A DNA stretch of 64,000 nucleotides from Escherichia coli. Lineage in GTDB: Bacteria > Pseudomonadota > Gammaproteobacteria > Enterobacterales > Enterobacteriaceae. The DNA lies in assembly GCF_013122565.1 (NCBI RefSeq), contig NZ_CP053258.1, one strand, 5' to 3'. Below, one piece after another: positions 21,093 through 37,701 of the stretch. The stretch's first letter is position 1, and every line of letters starts with the position of its first letter. The position numbers and the translations under genes were made by a program. The notes beneath the pieces are model-generated. The model was not told the origin of the DNA. It made no database searches and was given only the letters and a program-made list of their open reading frames with translations.

Positions 21093-22086
21093 ATTGCTGC
21101 GCAATGTTGACTCTTGTCACAGGCGAACTCTGACGATTCTCCCACAGCACCGTTAATCCACGCTGTAATGCTATAAAAATAAACAACAAAATACCGATGG
21201 CGATTTTCGTCCACCATGAGCTCAGCGTGCCATCAAAGTTTATGTAAGTCTGAATCAGTCCCTGAATCGCCACGCCAAAAAGCGTCCCTAATACCGTTCC
21301 AACGCCACCGCTCAAAAGCGTACCGCCAATCACCACCGACGCGATAGCGTCCAGTTCCACACCTACGCCCGCCAGCGCATATCCAGCCTGGGTATAAATC
21401 GAGAAGACTATCCCCGCCAGCGTTGCCAGTCCGGTGGAAAGCATATAAATGCGAATAGTGGTGCTGCGAGTGGAAATCCCCATCAGGTTCGCCGACGTTG
21501 CGTTGCCGCCAATGGCGTATACCTGATTACCAAAACGGGTACGATGCGCGAGGAATATGCCGATAACCACCACCGCCAGCATCAGCAGTCCCATCGCACT
21601 TAAGCGACCGCCGCCGGGGATTTTCCACGCAAGGCTTGAGAGCGTGTCATAAATGGGATGGTTTATCGGGATCGACTCTTCCGAAACGAGATAGCTGACG
21701 CCGCGCAAAAAGAACATTCCCGCAAGCGTAATGATAAATGCCGGGATCTTCAGGGCGTCGATCAGAAGCCCCATAAATGCGCCGAAGGCACAGCCCATCA
21801 CCAGCACCAGTGGAAACGCCAGCAGCGGCGAGAGGCCAAAATCGCCAATCACTTTTGCCAGAAACACGCCGGTAAAGGCGATCACCGAACCGACGGAGAG
21901 ATCGATCCCACCGGAGAGGATCACAAAGGTCATGCCAACGGCGATTATCCCAAGAAAGGCATTATCGGTCAGAATATTGCAGATCACTCTTGTGGAAGCA
22001 AAACCGGGAAACTGGGTCAGGCAGTAAAGATAACCCAACACAAAGACGCCGATGGTGATCATCAGTGGCAAATTACGTTTTATCAC
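21091..22086 (-). CDS. yjfF: ABC transporter permease (galactofuranose system)
   Basis: 331 aa polytopic membrane protein with GTG start; overlaps ytfT end by 14 nt. Confidence 0.88.
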   Translation of the reverse strand: MIKRNLPLMITIGVFVLGYLYCLTQFPGFASTRVICNILTDNAFLGIIAVGMTFVILSGGIDLSVGSVIAFTGVFLAKVIGDFGLSPLLAFPLVLVMGCAFGAFMGLLIDALKIPAFIITLAGMFFLRGVSYLVSEESIPINHPIYDTLSSLAWKIPGGGRLSAMGLLMLAVVVIGIFLAHRTRFGNQVYAIGGNATSANLMGISTRSTTIRIYMLSTGLATLAGIVFSIYTQAGYALAGVGVELDAIASVVIGGTLLSGGVGTVLGTLFGVAIQGLIQTYINFDGTLSSWWTKIAIGILLFIFIALQRGLTVLWENRQSSPVTRVNIAQQ

Positions 22087-23098
22087 GGTTACGTACTCCT
22101 TTAATCAGACTGATAAAGCGTTGCGACTGAACAATCAGCACACAAAGCACCACCACCGCTTTTACGACCTGGTTCATCTCCGGCGGAAAGCCAGAAAGTA
22201 AAATTCCGGTATTCATTCCCTGAATAATCAGCGCCCCCACCACCGAAAGTAGCAGGTTAAAGCGCCCGCCCATCAGCGAACCACCGCCAATCACCACCGC
22301 GAGAATGGCGTCCAGCTCCAGCCATAACCCGGCGTTGTTGGCATCGGCACCGCGAATATCCGCCGCCACGATAATGCCCGCAATCGCCGCACATAGCCCG
22401 CTCAACACGTAGGTGAGCATGACGATGATTCGCGTGTTTACCCCGGCATTTTTTGCCGCCCGAATGTTGATACCAACGGCTTCGATAAACATCCCCAGTG
22501 CCGTTTTGCGGGTCAACAGCCAGAACAGGAGAAGCGTCAGCACCGCAATAATGACTGGCGTTGGCAGGAACAACAGCGATCCACTGCCAAACCATGAGAG
22601 ATCCGGTGAGTTAAACGTGACGATCTGTCCGGAGGTGATCAGTTGCGCCACGCCGCGCCCGGCGACCATCAGGATCAGGGTGGCGACAAACGGCTGAATT
22701 TTGAGGATCGCTACCAGTATGCCGTTCCACAATCCCGCCAGGATGCCAGTGCCCAGGGCGCTTAACAAAACAATCGGCAGGCTGAATCCCGCGACCGTCA
22801 TCGCAGCCGTTGTGGCTCCGGCGATAGCCATCACCGCCCCCACAGAGAGATCAATCCCACCGGTGGCGATCACCAGCGTCATGCCAATCGCCAGTAACGC
22901 CACGGGAGCTGCACGGTTAAGAATGTCGATAGGGCTACCGAACAAACGCCCATCCTGAAGCACCACCTGCCAGAAATGCGGGGCCACCAGGCTGTCGACC
23001 AGCAGCACCAGCAATAGCGCTACCAGCTGCGGCATCCCCGTCGGCCAGCGAAAGCGCCTTTTTGGCGGCGTGGTGTCCGGGAGAGATTGAGGCATCAC
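22073..23098 (-). CDS. ytfT: ABC transporter permease (galactofuranose system)
   Basis: about 341 aa from GTG at 23098 (VMPQSLPDTTPPKRRF...); ORF-track start at 23119 is TTG. Confidence 0.85.
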   Translation of the reverse strand: MMPQSLPDTTPPKRRFRWPTGMPQLVALLLVLLVDSLVAPHFWQVVLQDGRLFGSPIDILNRAAPVALLAIGMTLVIATGGIDLSVGAVMAIAGATTAAMTVAGFSLPIVLLSALGTGILAGLWNGILVAILKIQPFVATLILMVAGRGVAQLITSGQIVTFNSPDLSWFGSGSLLFLPTPVIIAVLTLLLFWLLTRKTALGMFIEAVGINIRAAKNAGVNTRIIVMLTYVLSGLCAAIAGIIVAADIRGADANNAGLWLELDAILAVVIGGGSLMGGRFNLLLSVVGALIIQGMNTGILLSGFPPEMNQVVKAVVVLCVLIVQSQRFISLIKGVRNRDKT

Positions 23099-23108
23099 AC
23101 TGTTCTCC

Positions 23109-24611
23109 TTACGCCGCAATGGCGTTCATGATCGCCGGAACGGAAAGCTCTGCCAGCGGGATCTCCGCTACCTGTTTGCGATCGCGCATGATGATCACCC
23201 GGTCGGCATAGCCCACCAGCTCTTCCAGCTCGGAGGAGATCACCAGCAGCGCCAGCCCATCGGCGCACAGCGTTTCAATCAGCCGGATGATCTCGGCGTG
23301 GGCACCAACATCAATGCCGCGGGTTGGCTCGTCGAGGATCAGAAATTGCGGTCGGGTCAGTAGCCAACGTGAAAGCAACACTTTTTGCTGATTGCCGCCA
23401 GAGAGAAATTCAATCGGTTGTTCAGTTGAAGGTGTGCGAATGCCAAGCTGGCGGATAAAGCGTTCGGCAATCTCTTGCTGTTCTTTGCGGGAAATGGGAC
23501 GTAGCCAGCCGCGCTGGGCCTGGAGAGCGAGGATGATATTTTCCCGCACCGAGGCGGCAGCGATGATGCCATCGGTTTTCCTGTCTTCCGGGCAGAAGCC
23601 AATGCCCAGTACCGAAGCCTGATGTGGCGATCGCAGGTTTTGCGGTTTGCCTTTGATCAACGCCGTGCCGCTGTCAGCAGGTTTGATACCGAAGATCACT
23701 TCGGCGGTTTCGGTACGTCCTGATCCCAGCAATCCAGCCAGACCGACGATCTCGCCGGGGCGTACTTCGAGATCAAACGGTGCGATCGTTCCTTTTTTGC
23801 CGTAATTTTTGAACGCGGCAACGGGTTTGTCGCTCAACAATGTTCGCCCGGCACGCTGTAGCGCGTGGGTATCCAGCTCGCGCCCCAGCATCATTTTTAC
23901 CAGTTCGATCTGCGGTAGCTCGCACGTTTCCCGACAGCCTACGAAACTGCCGTTGCGTAAGACGGTGATCCGATCGCTGACCTGATAGACCTGATCGAGA
24001 AAGTGAGTGACAAAAATCAGGCTGACGCCGCGATCGCGCAACTGACGCATCAGGTCAAACAGTAACTCCACTTCCTGGGTGTCGAGACTGGCGGTGGGTT
24101 CATCGAGGATCAGCACTTTGGCAGAGAGATCGATAGCCCGGCAAATAGCGACGATTTGCTGCATCGCGACTGAAAAGCGGTTGAGCGGTTCGCGCACGTC
24201 GAGGGAGAAACCGTAAGATGCCATCAGTTCGGTGGCGCGCTTTTCCATCTCTTTGCGGCGTAGAAGGCCGAAGCGTTTGGGTTCGCGGCCTATAAATAGA
24301 TTATCAGCGACCGACATATTGGGTAGCAGGTTGACTTCCTGATAGACGGTGCCAATGCCGAGTTGTTGCGCGTGGGCGGTATTTTTCGGTGAGATAGCCT
24401 GGCCTTCCAGCCAGATGGTGCCGCGATCGGCGTGGTATACACCAGTTAATGCTTTGATTAGCGTTGATTTTCCCGCCCCGTTTTCACCGAGCAGCGCCAT
24501 GATTTCGCCACGGCGCAGGCTGAAATCAACGTTGTCTAACGCTTTGACGCCGGGGAAAAATTTACTTAATCCTTCGGTGCGGAGGATCTCCTGGTGTTGG
24601 TCGGTCGTCAT
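23109..24611 (-). CDS. ytfR: ABC transporter ATP-binding protein, duplicated ATPase (galactofuranose system)
   Basis: 500 aa with two Walker A motifs (GENGAGKST; second cassette present). Confidence 0.9.
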   Translation of the reverse strand: MTTDQHQEILRTEGLSKFFPGVKALDNVDFSLRRGEIMALLGENGAGKSTLIKALTGVYHADRGTIWLEGQAISPKNTAHAQQLGIGTVYQEVNLLPNMSVADNLFIGREPKRFGLLRRKEMEKRATELMASYGFSLDVREPLNRFSVAMQQIVAICRAIDLSAKVLILDEPTASLDTQEVELLFDLMRQLRDRGVSLIFVTHFLDQVYQVSDRITVLRNGSFVGCRETCELPQIELVKMMLGRELDTHALQRAGRTLLSDKPVAAFKNYGKKGTIAPFDLEVRPGEIVGLAGLLGSGRTETAEVIFGIKPADSGTALIKGKPQNLRSPHQASVLGIGFCPEDRKTDGIIAAASVRENIILALQAQRGWLRPISRKEQQEIAERFIRQLGIRTPSTEQPIEFLSGGNQQKVLLSRWLLTRPQFLILDEPTRGIDVGAHAEIIRLIETLCADGLALLVISSELEELVGYADRVIIMRDRKQVAEIPLAELSVPAIMNAIAA

Positions 24612-24640
24612 GGCTTCCCCCGGTGTAAAGCGTGCTCCCA

Positions 24641-24745
24641 GTAGGCATGATAAGACGCGGTAAGCGTCGCATCAGGCTTCAGTGCACCATCGCCGGATGC
24701 GGCGCGAGCGCCTTATCCGGCCTACGAATCGGCATCAGGCATAGC
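24641..24745. repeat. REP/BIME cluster
   Basis: GCCTGATGCGACGCTTACCGCGTCTTATCATGCCTAC-type and GCCGGATAAGGCGCTCGCGCCGCATCCGGC units. Confidence 0.8.
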
Positions 24746-24750
24746 AACCC

Positions 24751-25707
24751 TCAATACCCCATATTTTTCTTCTTCTCTAACTCTTCTTTTGCGGTATCAG
24801 GCAGATAAAGGGTGGATTTGGTTAACGTCAGCTTTTCAGGCATGGTGCCGTCTTTTTTGTATTTCTCCAGCGCGTCAAAAGCGGGTCCCGCCATGTTCGG
24901 CGTCAGTTCAACACTGGCGTTCGCTTCGCCATCCATCATCGCTTTGTAGATGTCCGGTACACCGTCAATGGAACCCGTGAGGATATCTTTGCCCGGTTTC
25001 AGGCCCGCTTCTTTAATTGCCTGAATTGCACCAATCACCATGTCGTCGTTATGGGCGTAAACCATGCAGATGTTTTTGCCGTTGTTTTCCGCTTTGATAA
25101 AGCTCTCCATGACTTCTTTGCCTTTACTGCGGGTGAAGTCACCTGACTGCGAGCGGATAATTTTGATATTTGGCGCATTCTTAATGGCTTCGGCAAAGCC
25201 TTTCTTACGGTCGATGGCGACGCTGGCCCCAACAGTGCCCTGCAGCTCCACCACGTTGCATGGTTTGCCATTCACTTCTTTTACCAGCCAGTCACCAATC
25301 AACTTGCCTTCGAGGATGTTGTCGGCAGTGACGGTGGTCATATAGAGAGATTTGTCTTTCACATCAATGGAACGATCGAGCAAGAAGACCGGGATTTCGG
25401 CATCTTTCGCCTCTTTTAATACCGGTTCCCAACCAGTCGCAACCACCGGAGCGATAAAGATCGCATCCACCCCTTGCGCGACGAAGGAACGTACCGCTTT
25501 AATCTGGTTTTCCTGCTTTTGCTGACCATCGGCAATTTTCAACGTAATTCCGCGTTTTTCGGCCTCACTTTTCGCCACATTGGTTTCTGCGGCGCGCCAG
25601 CCGGATTCCGATCCGACCTGCGAAAATCCTACGGTTAATGGAGCGGCCAACGCCATAGACGATATGGCTGCCGAGACTGCAGAGACTACAAGTAAGCGTT
25701 TCCACAT
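24751..25707 (-). CDS. ytfQ: Periplasmic galactofuranose-binding protein
   Basis: 318 aa with signal peptide; sugar-binding-protein fold; first gene of ytfQRT-yjfF operon. Confidence 0.9.
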   Translation of the reverse strand: MWKRLLVVSAVSAAISSMALAAPLTVGFSQVGSESGWRAAETNVAKSEAEKRGITLKIADGQQKQENQIKAVRSFVAQGVDAIFIAPVVATGWEPVLKEAKDAEIPVFLLDRSIDVKDKSLYMTTVTADNILEGKLIGDWLVKEVNGKPCNVVELQGTVGASVAIDRKKGFAEAIKNAPNIKIIRSQSGDFTRSKGKEVMESFIKAENNGKNICMVYAHNDDMVIGAIQAIKEAGLKPGKDILTGSIDGVPDIYKAMMDGEANASVELTPNMAGPAFDALEKYKKDGTMPEKLTLTKSTLYLPDTAKEELEKKKNMGY

Positions 25708-26016
25708 AGGGTTGTCCTCGTCGGAGTAATTATTATTGGTGAAAAGATGTTCGCGAAAAAACTATAGACAATTCGTTATGTAACGGATTGCGTTACATCA
25801 CACTTCAAAAAAGTAAATAAAACGTTAATCACAAGTTTGTAATCGCTTTCATCTCACTATGAAAAATGCGGCTACGGTTATGGATTTTCCTGCTCTGTAT
25901 ACCGTCTTAAAACTGGTGAAAAAGGAAAATGAAGACGAAAACAAGCGAAGACATTCGGCGCGAGTTGGCTATAATACTCGGCACTTGTTTGCCACATATT
26001 TTTAAAGGAAACAGAC

Positions 26017-26547
26017 ATGAGCTTACTCAACGTCCCTGCGGGTAAAGATCTGCCGGAAGACATCTACGTTGTTATTGAGATCCCGGCTAACGCAGATCCG
26101 ATCAAATACGAAATCGACAAAGAGAGCGGCGCACTGTTCGTTGACCGCTTCATGTCCACCGCGATGTTCTATCCGTGCAACTACGGTTACATCAACCACA
26201 CCCTGTCTCTGGACGGTGACCCGGTTGACGTACTGGTCCCGACTCCGTACCCGCTGCAGCCGGGTTCTGTGATCCGTTGCCGTCCGGTTGGCGTTCTGAA
26301 AATGACCGACGAAGCCGGTGAAGATGCGAAACTGGTTGCGGTTCCGCACAGCAAGCTGAGCAAAGAATACGATCACATTAAAGACGTTAACGATCTGCCA
26401 GAGCTGCTGAAAGCGCAGATCGCTCACTTCTTCGAGCACTACAAAGACCTCGAAAAAGGCAAGTGGGTGAAAGTTGAAGGTTGGGAAAACGCAGAAGCCG
26501 CTAAAGCTGAAATCGTTGCCTCCTTCGAGCGCGCAAAGAATAAATAA
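26017..26547 (+). CDS. ppa: Inorganic pyrophosphatase
   Basis: 176 aa, [34 protein letters not shown]... Confidence 0.97.
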   Translation: MSLLNVPAGKDLPEDIYVVIEIPANADPIKYEIDKESGALFVDRFMSTAMFYPCNYGYINHTLSLDGDPVDVLVPTPYPLQPGSVIRCRPVGVLKMTDEAGEDAKLVAVPHSKLSKEYDHIKDVNDLPELLKAQIAHFFEHYKDLEKGKWVKVEGWENAEAAKAEIVASFERAKNK

Positions 26548-26559
26548 GTTCTTATAGCG

Positions 26560-26603
26560 CAATAACCCTGAACGCCAGGCTTCGGTTAGTAAGGGTTTTT
26601 TTA
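26560..26603 (+). terminator. Putative ppa terminator
   Basis: AACCCT...AGGGTT pairing followed by T7 at 26596-26602; stem imperfect. Confidence 0.4.
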
Positions 26604-26623
26604 TGCCCGCGATAAATAAACAC

Positions 26624-26974
26624 TTATTCCACCACCGCCTGCAAGCGTAATAACGCCTCTTCCACCACCTCATCCGCAGCCAGACCAATACGCTTTGCCA
26701 GCCGGGCGTGTAGATCCATCATCCGCACCTGATTCACCAGCACCACGCCGTGCACATCGCCTTCTTCGCAATGTAAAGGAACGCTAAATCCGGCATAACG
26801 GGCAAAATTTCCGCCCTGCGTAATGGGGGCCAGCAGCGTCATTCCCAGTTGATTAAAGGCTTGAACGGAGAGCACAAGCGCAGGTCGACCAGCACCTTGC
26901 TGTTCATGGCCGCTTGCTGGATCAAAGCCAACCAGCACAATGTCTCCCCGTTCAAATTCACTTTTCTTTACCAT
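26624..26974 (-). CDS. chpB: MazF/PemK-family endoribonuclease toxin ChpB
   Basis: 116 aa, MVKKSEFERGDIVLVGFDPASGHEQ...; overlaps chpS stop by 7 nt. Confidence 0.9.
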   Translation of the reverse strand: MVKKSEFERGDIVLVGFDPASGHEQQGAGRPALVLSVQAFNQLGMTLLAPITQGGNFARYAGFSVPLHCEEGDVHGVVLVNQVRMMDLHARLAKRIGLAADEVVEEALLRLQAVVE

Positions 26975-27219
26975 ATTTCGTCACCCGCAGGGGTAGATTT
27001 ACCCCAGACATCCTGCTCGCTAAGTTCCGCGGCGTTCATGTCACACTGTGCCAGCAGTTCATCAAGCGAGTAGCGCCTGGAGATGGGTGTCAGAATCAGT
27101 TGATTGTTGCTCACTTGCGCCTCCACGCTCTGCCCCGGCCGTAAGTTAAGTTCTTTCATCACAACATTAGGAATGACCATACCTGAACTGTTCCCCCATC
27201 TTTTTATGGTAATACGCAT
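26968..27219 (-). CDS. chpS: Antitoxin ChpS (MazE/AbrB-like)
   Basis: 83 aa from ATG at 27219 (MRITIKRWGNSSGMVIPN...); AGGAGGTG RBS upstream. Confidence 0.9.
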   Translation of the reverse strand: MRITIKRWGNSSGMVIPNVVMKELNLRPGQSVEAQVSNNQLILTPISRRYSLDELLAQCDMNAAELSEQDVWGKSTPAGDEIW

Positions 27220-27390
27220 CTGCACCTCCTTAAGTTATACAAAGTATAACTCACGGTGCTACAGGAAACGTTTTACCCCTGCATATCTGTGAACGCCAGC
27301 AGAGTTTTTTATGCGATTGCAGATATGGAAAGCGGCTCGGAGAGAAAAGCAAAAGATGGGAAAGTTACAAAAAAATCGCGAGATACATCG

Positions 27391-27420
27391 CATAAAACAA
27401 CGCCACCCGAAGGTGGCGTG
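27391..27420 (-). terminator. ytfP terminator
   Basis: CGCCACC-CGAA-GGTGGCG stem; reverse strand continues TTGTTTTATG. Confidence 0.65.
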
Positions 27421-27429
27421 CTTTTATTA

Positions 27430-27771
27430 TTACTTATCCCTGTCTAACCAGTCGCCGCTTTCAATTAGCTTTAATCCATCGACGGGTCGTTGATAAACGT
27501 ACATCCATGCACTCCCGTACGGCGTCTGGATCAACTGGCGCGCGTATTCACCGCCCCTGGTGCGCAAGGCATCAAGTTCGGCCAGCGTGGCGTTGTCAAT
27601 ACGATAAACTTCACCGTGTACTGTTCCGTTCCCCGGAACTGCGCCTGGATAGTGGCCCAGGCTATACAACTGGTAGTTATCGATACTGAAATCGCCCAGT
27701 AACTGGGCATTGGTCATCCAGTGACTGTTGCCTTGTTTGTGGCGTAAACTGCCGTAGACAAATATTCGCAT
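27430..27771 (-). CDS. ytfP: Gamma-glutamylcyclotransferase-like protein YtfP
   Basis: 113 aa, MRIFVYGSLRHKQGNSHWM... Confidence 0.85.
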   Translation of the reverse strand: MRIFVYGSLRHKQGNSHWMTNAQLLGDFSIDNYQLYSLGHYPGAVPGNGTVHGEVYRIDNATLAELDALRTRGGEYARQLIQTPYGSAWMYVYQRPVDGLKLIESGDWLDRDK

Positions 27772-27773
27772 TG

Positions 27774-33325
<5,552 letters not shown>

Positions 33326-33488
33326 TTAAACGGCTTAACAAAAATCCAGTAATATGGATTAAAAAGCAGACTAAACCCCAAATATTTCTTATGTTTTACT
33401 TTAGACCTATTCACGGTGGTTATTGTGTGCAAATACGCCTCTTGTTACAACCTTAACCCCAATGACCGATTTTCGGGAGAGCGACACC

Positions 33489-34127
33489 ATGAGTTTATTT
33501 GATAAAAAGCATCTGGTTTCCCCCGCCGATGCCCTGCCTGGACGTAACACCCCGATGCCCGTAGCCACGCTGCATGCAGTCAACGGTCACTCAATGACCA
33601 ATGTACCTGACGGAATGGAGATTGCCATTTTTGCGATGGGTTGTTTCTGGGGTGTGGAGCGTCTGTTCTGGCAGTTACCCGGCGTTTACAGCACCGCCGC
33701 AGGCTATACCGGTGGCTATACGCCAAATCCGACTTATCGGGAAGTGTGCTCCGGTGATACGGGTCATGCCGAAGCGGTACGCATTGTTTACGATCCTGCC
33801 GTCATCAGCTATGAGCAGTTGCTACAGGTATTTTGGGAGAATCACGATCCCGCCCAGGGAATGCGTCAGGGCAATGACCACGGCACGCAGTATCGTTCAG
33901 CGATTTATCCGCTGACCCCAGAACAGGATGCCGCAGCTCGCGCCAGTCTGGAACGTTTTCAGGCAGCGATGCTTGCCGCCGATGACGATCGTCGCATCAC
34001 CACGGAAATTGCTAACGCCACACCGTTTTATTATGCCGAAGATGACCACCAGCAATATCTGCATAAAAACCCGTATGGTTACTGTGGAATTGGCGGAATT
34101 GGCGTCTGTCTGCCACCGGAAGCATAG
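33489..34127 (+). CDS. msrA: Peptide methionine-S-sulfoxide reductase
   Basis: 212 aa from ATG at 33489 ([10 protein letters not shown]...); active-site GCFWG. Confidence 0.95.
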   Translation: MSLFDKKHLVSPADALPGRNTPMPVATLHAVNGHSMTNVPDGMEIAIFAMGCFWGVERLFWQLPGVYSTAAGYTGGYTPNPTYREVCSGDTGHAEAVRIVYDPAVISYEQLLQVFWENHDPAQGMRQGNDHGTQYRSAIYPLTPEQDAAARASLERFQAAMLAADDDRRITTEIANATPFYYAEDDHQQYLHKNPYGYCGIGGIGVCLPPEA

Positions 34128-34172
34128 CGTTACGGGTACAAATGTAGTTTGTTGATAAAGTGCGTTTTGTTT

Positions 34173-34275
34173 ATGCCGGATGCGGCGTAAACGCCTTAAC
34201 AGGCCTACAAAATCGTCCAAATTCAATATATTGTGGGGACTGCGTAGGCCTGATCGGCATAGCGCATCGGGCAGT
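34173..34275. repeat. REP/BIME cluster
   Basis: GCCGGATGCGGCGTAAACGCCTTA... unit plus GTAGGCCTGATCGGCATAGCGCATCGGGC unit; spacer CAAATTCAATATATTG shared with the 46086 cluster. Confidence 0.8.
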
Positions 34276-34449
34276 TTTGCATTTATCAGCAGCCTGAATT
34301 TTAACCCTCTGGCGGCTTTACAGTACCTTACGCTATACTAGCCACTGAAAATGCCGGTTCACTTTCTTCGAATCGGCTTTCAATGTGTATTTCACACAAA
34401 TTAATCAACTTCCCCTTCCGAGGATCTGGCCTGAAAGGTCGGATAAGAT

Positions 34450-35793
34450 ATGTTAAACAGTATTTTAGTCATACTCTGCTTGATCGCTGTAAGTGCGTTC
34501 TTCTCGATGTCCGAGATCTCGCTTGCCGCCTCACGCAAAATCAAACTTAAACTGCTGGCTGATGAAGGCAATATAAATGCCCAACGCGTTCTGAATATGC
34601 AGGAAAATCCCGGCATGTTCTTTACCGTGGTCCAAATCGGTCTGAACGCAGTGGCGATTCTCGGCGGTATCGTCGGTGATGCGGCATTTTCTCCAGCTTT
34701 TCACAGCCTGTTCTCCCGCTATATGTCGGCAGAGCTCTCTGAGCAACTGAGCTTTATTCTCTCTTTCTCGTTAGTGACTGGCATGTTTATCCTGTTTGCG
34801 GATTTAACCCCGAAACGCATCGGTATGATTGCGCCAGAAGCTGTGGCTTTGCGTATCATCAACCCGATGCGCTTCTGCCTGTACGTTTGCACCCCGCTGG
34901 TGTGGTTCTTCAACGGCCTGGCGAACATGATCTTCCGTATTTTCAAACTGCCAATGGTACGTAAAGATGACATCACTTCTGATGACATCTACGCGGTAGT
35001 GGAAGCCGGTGCGCTGGCGGGCGTGTTACGTAAACAGGAACACGAGCTGATTGAAAACGTCTTTGAGCTGGAATCCCGTACCGTTCCGTCGTCAATGACA
35101 CCGCGTGAAAACGTGATTTGGTTTGATCTCCACGAAGATGAGCAAAGTCTGAAGAATAAGGTGGCGGAACATCCGCACTCTAAGTTCCTCGTCTGTAATG
35201 AAGATATTGACCACATCATCGGCTATGTCGATTCTAAAGACCTGCTGAACCGCGTGCTGGCTAACCAAAGCCTGGCACTGAACAGCGGCGTACAAATTCG
35301 CAATACGCTGATTGTGCCGGATACGTTAACCCTTTCTGAAGCGTTGGAAAGTTTTAAAACCGCAGGTGAAGACTTCGCGGTGATCATGAACGAGTACGCG
35401 CTGGTAGTGGGGATCATCACCCTCAACGACGTGATGACCACGCTGATGGGCGATCTGGTCGGTCAGGGGCTGGAAGAGCAGATTGTCGCCCGTGATGAGA
35501 ACTCATGGCTGATTGACGGCGGCACCCCGATTGACGACGTCATGCGCGTGCTGGATATTGACGAGTTCCCGCAGTCGGGCAACTACGAAACCATCGGCGG
35601 CTTTATGATGTTTATGCTGCGTAAGATCCCGAAACGCACCGATTCGGTGAAATTCGCCGGCTACAAATTTGAAGTGGTGGATATCGATAACTACCGCATC
35701 GACCAGCTGCTGGTAACCCGGATCGACAGCAAGGCCACCGCCCTTTCGCCAAAACTGCCTGACGCTAAAGATAAAGAAGAAAGCGTCGCGTAA
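34450..35793 (+). CDS. ytfL: UPF0053/CNNM-family inner membrane protein with CBS and CorC/HlyC domains
   Basis: 447 aa; N-terminal TM helices then CBS pair and transporter-associated domain. Confidence 0.88.
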   Translation: MLNSILVILCLIAVSAFFSMSEISLAASRKIKLKLLADEGNINAQRVLNMQENPGMFFTVVQIGLNAVAILGGIVGDAAFSPAFHSLFSRYMSAELSEQLSFILSFSLVTGMFILFADLTPKRIGMIAPEAVALRIINPMRFCLYVCTPLVWFFNGLANMIFRIFKLPMVRKDDITSDDIYAVVEAGALAGVLRKQEHELIENVFELESRTVPSSMTPRENVIWFDLHEDEQSLKNKVAEHPHSKFLVCNEDIDHIIGYVDSKDLLNRVLANQSLALNSGVQIRNTLIVPDTLTLSEALESFKTAGEDFAVIMNEYALVVGIITLNDVMTTLMGDLVGQGLEEQIVARDENSWLIDGGTPIDDVMRVLDIDEFPQSGNYETIGGFMMFMLRKIPKRTDSVKFAGYKFEVVDIDNYRIDQLLVTRIDSKATALSPKLPDAKDKEESVA

Positions 35794-35854
35794 CCCCCAG
35801 AAACATCAACGGCTCCTGAATCAGGAGCCGTCTTATTACTGCATAGCACTTTGG

Positions 35855-36061
35855 TTAAGCCATCTCTGTTTGCAGACGCATAACCTGACGGTTAACTTCG
35901 GACATCACTGACAAATGCAGCTTATCCTTCACTTTTGGGATAAGAATCTTACCCTTATCAAATTCAAAAGCGCCAACGTCCTTGATGTATAACCGTCCAC
36001 GGAACAGGATCTTTACGTACTTCGCCACCTGAAGTGGGTTGTACCGTTGGAAAATTTTCAT
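35855..36061 (-). CDS. ytfK: Small protein YtfK (DUF1107)
   Basis: 68 aa from ATG at 36061 ([38 protein letters not shown]...). Confidence 0.85.
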
Positions 36062-36385
36062 TGTTATCTCCTGCTGAGTATTACGCCTGTGCGGTGCCAC
36101 AATCGGCCCAACTATTATGAGGCGCAAATTTTAATGCTTAGTGACTATAGACTATCCGGGCAATGTTTCCACCGCGTATAACTTTTTTTACCTAAAGGTT
36201 ACAATTATTCAGAATTATCTTTTTACCGAAGCGCGGTCTTCAGTATAAGCATTCATTTTTCATATGATTTGTGCGCTTGACCGCAAACTGGCATCACACT
36301 TGCGGGAAATTCGATAAATAGCACATATGATTAAAACTCAGACCCAAGTGGTCGGATCACCTGCATATCATAAGAAGGAAACACC

Positions 36386-36940
36386 ATGACCCTACGCAAG
36401 ATTCTGGTACTCACCTGCCTGCTGTTGCCGATGATGGCTTCCGCACATCAGTTCGAAACCGGTCAGCGAGTGCCGCCGATTGGCATTACCGATCGTGGCG
36501 AGTTGGTGCTTGATAAAGATCAGTTTAGCTACAAAACCTGGAACAGCGCGCAGTTAGTGGGAAAAGTGCGAGTACTGCAACATATTGCTGGTCGCACCTC
36601 TGCAAAAGAGAAAAACGCGACGCTGATTGAAGCGATTAAATCAGCGAAGTTACCGCACGATCGTTACCAGACCACCACCATTGTTAACACCGACGACGCG
36701 ATTCCGGGTTCCGGCATGTTTGTGCGCAGCAGTCTGGAGAGTAATAAAAAGCTTTATCCCTGGTCGCAGTTTATTGTCGATAGCAATGGCATCGCGCGCG
36801 GTGCCTGGCAGCTGGATGAAGAAAGTTCCGCTGTAGTGGTGCTGGATAAGGATGGTCGCGTGCAATGGGCCAAAGACGGGGCGCTCACTCAGGAAGAGGT
36901 GCAGCAAGTGATGGACCTGCTGCAAAAGTTGCTCAAATAA
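36386..36940 (+). CDS. ytfJ: Periplasmic protein YtfJ
   Basis: 184 aa with signal peptide MTLRKILVLTCLLLPMMASA. Confidence 0.85.
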   Translation: MTLRKILVLTCLLLPMMASAHQFETGQRVPPIGITDRGELVLDKDQFSYKTWNSAQLVGKVRVLQHIAGRTSAKEKNATLIEAIKSAKLPHDRYQTTTIVNTDDAIPGSGMFVRSSLESNKKLYPWSQFIVDSNGIARGAWQLDEESSAVVVLDKDGRVQWAKDGALTQEEVQQVMDLLQKLLK

Positions 36941-37002
36941 TGGCAACAACATAGATTCTGCAAAAATAATATTCCCCTGTCGATACCTATGGGATAGGGG
37001 AA

Positions 37003-37701
37003 TTAAGTGTATGAGTTCTTACGCCGAACTAATACTGGTAACGCTAGTTGCTCTTTTTTAAACGCCTCAATGGTAGATTTATATTTCTCGCAAATCTCCT
37101 CTTCGGTAATATCACTATCTACCGCCAGATTCGCACTTACTATCGCATCCACTTGTTCGGCTAATTCCACTTGTTGGCAACCTGCATTAACCAGAAAATT
37201 ATAAATAAGAGAGTAATCTTCATCCTCCAAAACAACAAAGGAACCATTACGAAAACGTTCATCCCCTCCATAGATTGTAAGCACAGAGCCCAAAGATTCT
37301 ATGACTATGGCAAAATTATCATCAATTATTTTTTCGTAAATATACCATCCATCGCATTCTTTAATTCCACCTCCTGGTATTTGGAGTTCAAATTTACCCC
37401 GTTTTAATTTGCTTACTATATCCTCCAATAAGGCATAACCTAAAGACACGTCACCAAACGCCTGGCGAATATAACCTTTAATCCTTTTCGGTATGTCAGA
37501 CTGTTTTTTCTGTAAAATATCCCAGGCATACAATCTTCTGTTTTGTTCTAACGGAAACTCGCGGTTTTTGAAATCCATGAATGAGTTATACTCATTTATT
37601 GTTATGGGAATTTCTTCGTATTCAAACCCACTGCCTCGCAATGTCATTGTATATTCGGCACCGTTATCTTTAAGGCTGAAACTGATAAGAAACTTATCCA
37701 T
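37003..37701 (-). CDS. ytfI: AT-rich hypothetical protein at the ytfI position
   Basis: 232 aa from first ATG (MDKFLISFSLKDNGAEY...); ORF extends to a TTG at 37785; strongly AT-biased codons; symbol assigned by position only. Confidence 0.5.
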   Translation of the reverse strand: MDKFLISFSLKDNGAEYTMTLRGSGFEYEEIPITINEYNSFMDFKNREFPLEQNRRLYAWDILQKKQSDIPKRIKGYIRQAFGDVSLGYALLEDIVSKLKRGKFELQIPGGGIKECDGWYIYEKIIDDNFAIVIESLGSVLTIYGGDERFRNGSFVVLEDEDYSLIYNFLVNAGCQQVELAEQVDAIVSANLAVDSDITEEEICEKYKSTIEAFKKEQLALPVLVRRKNSYT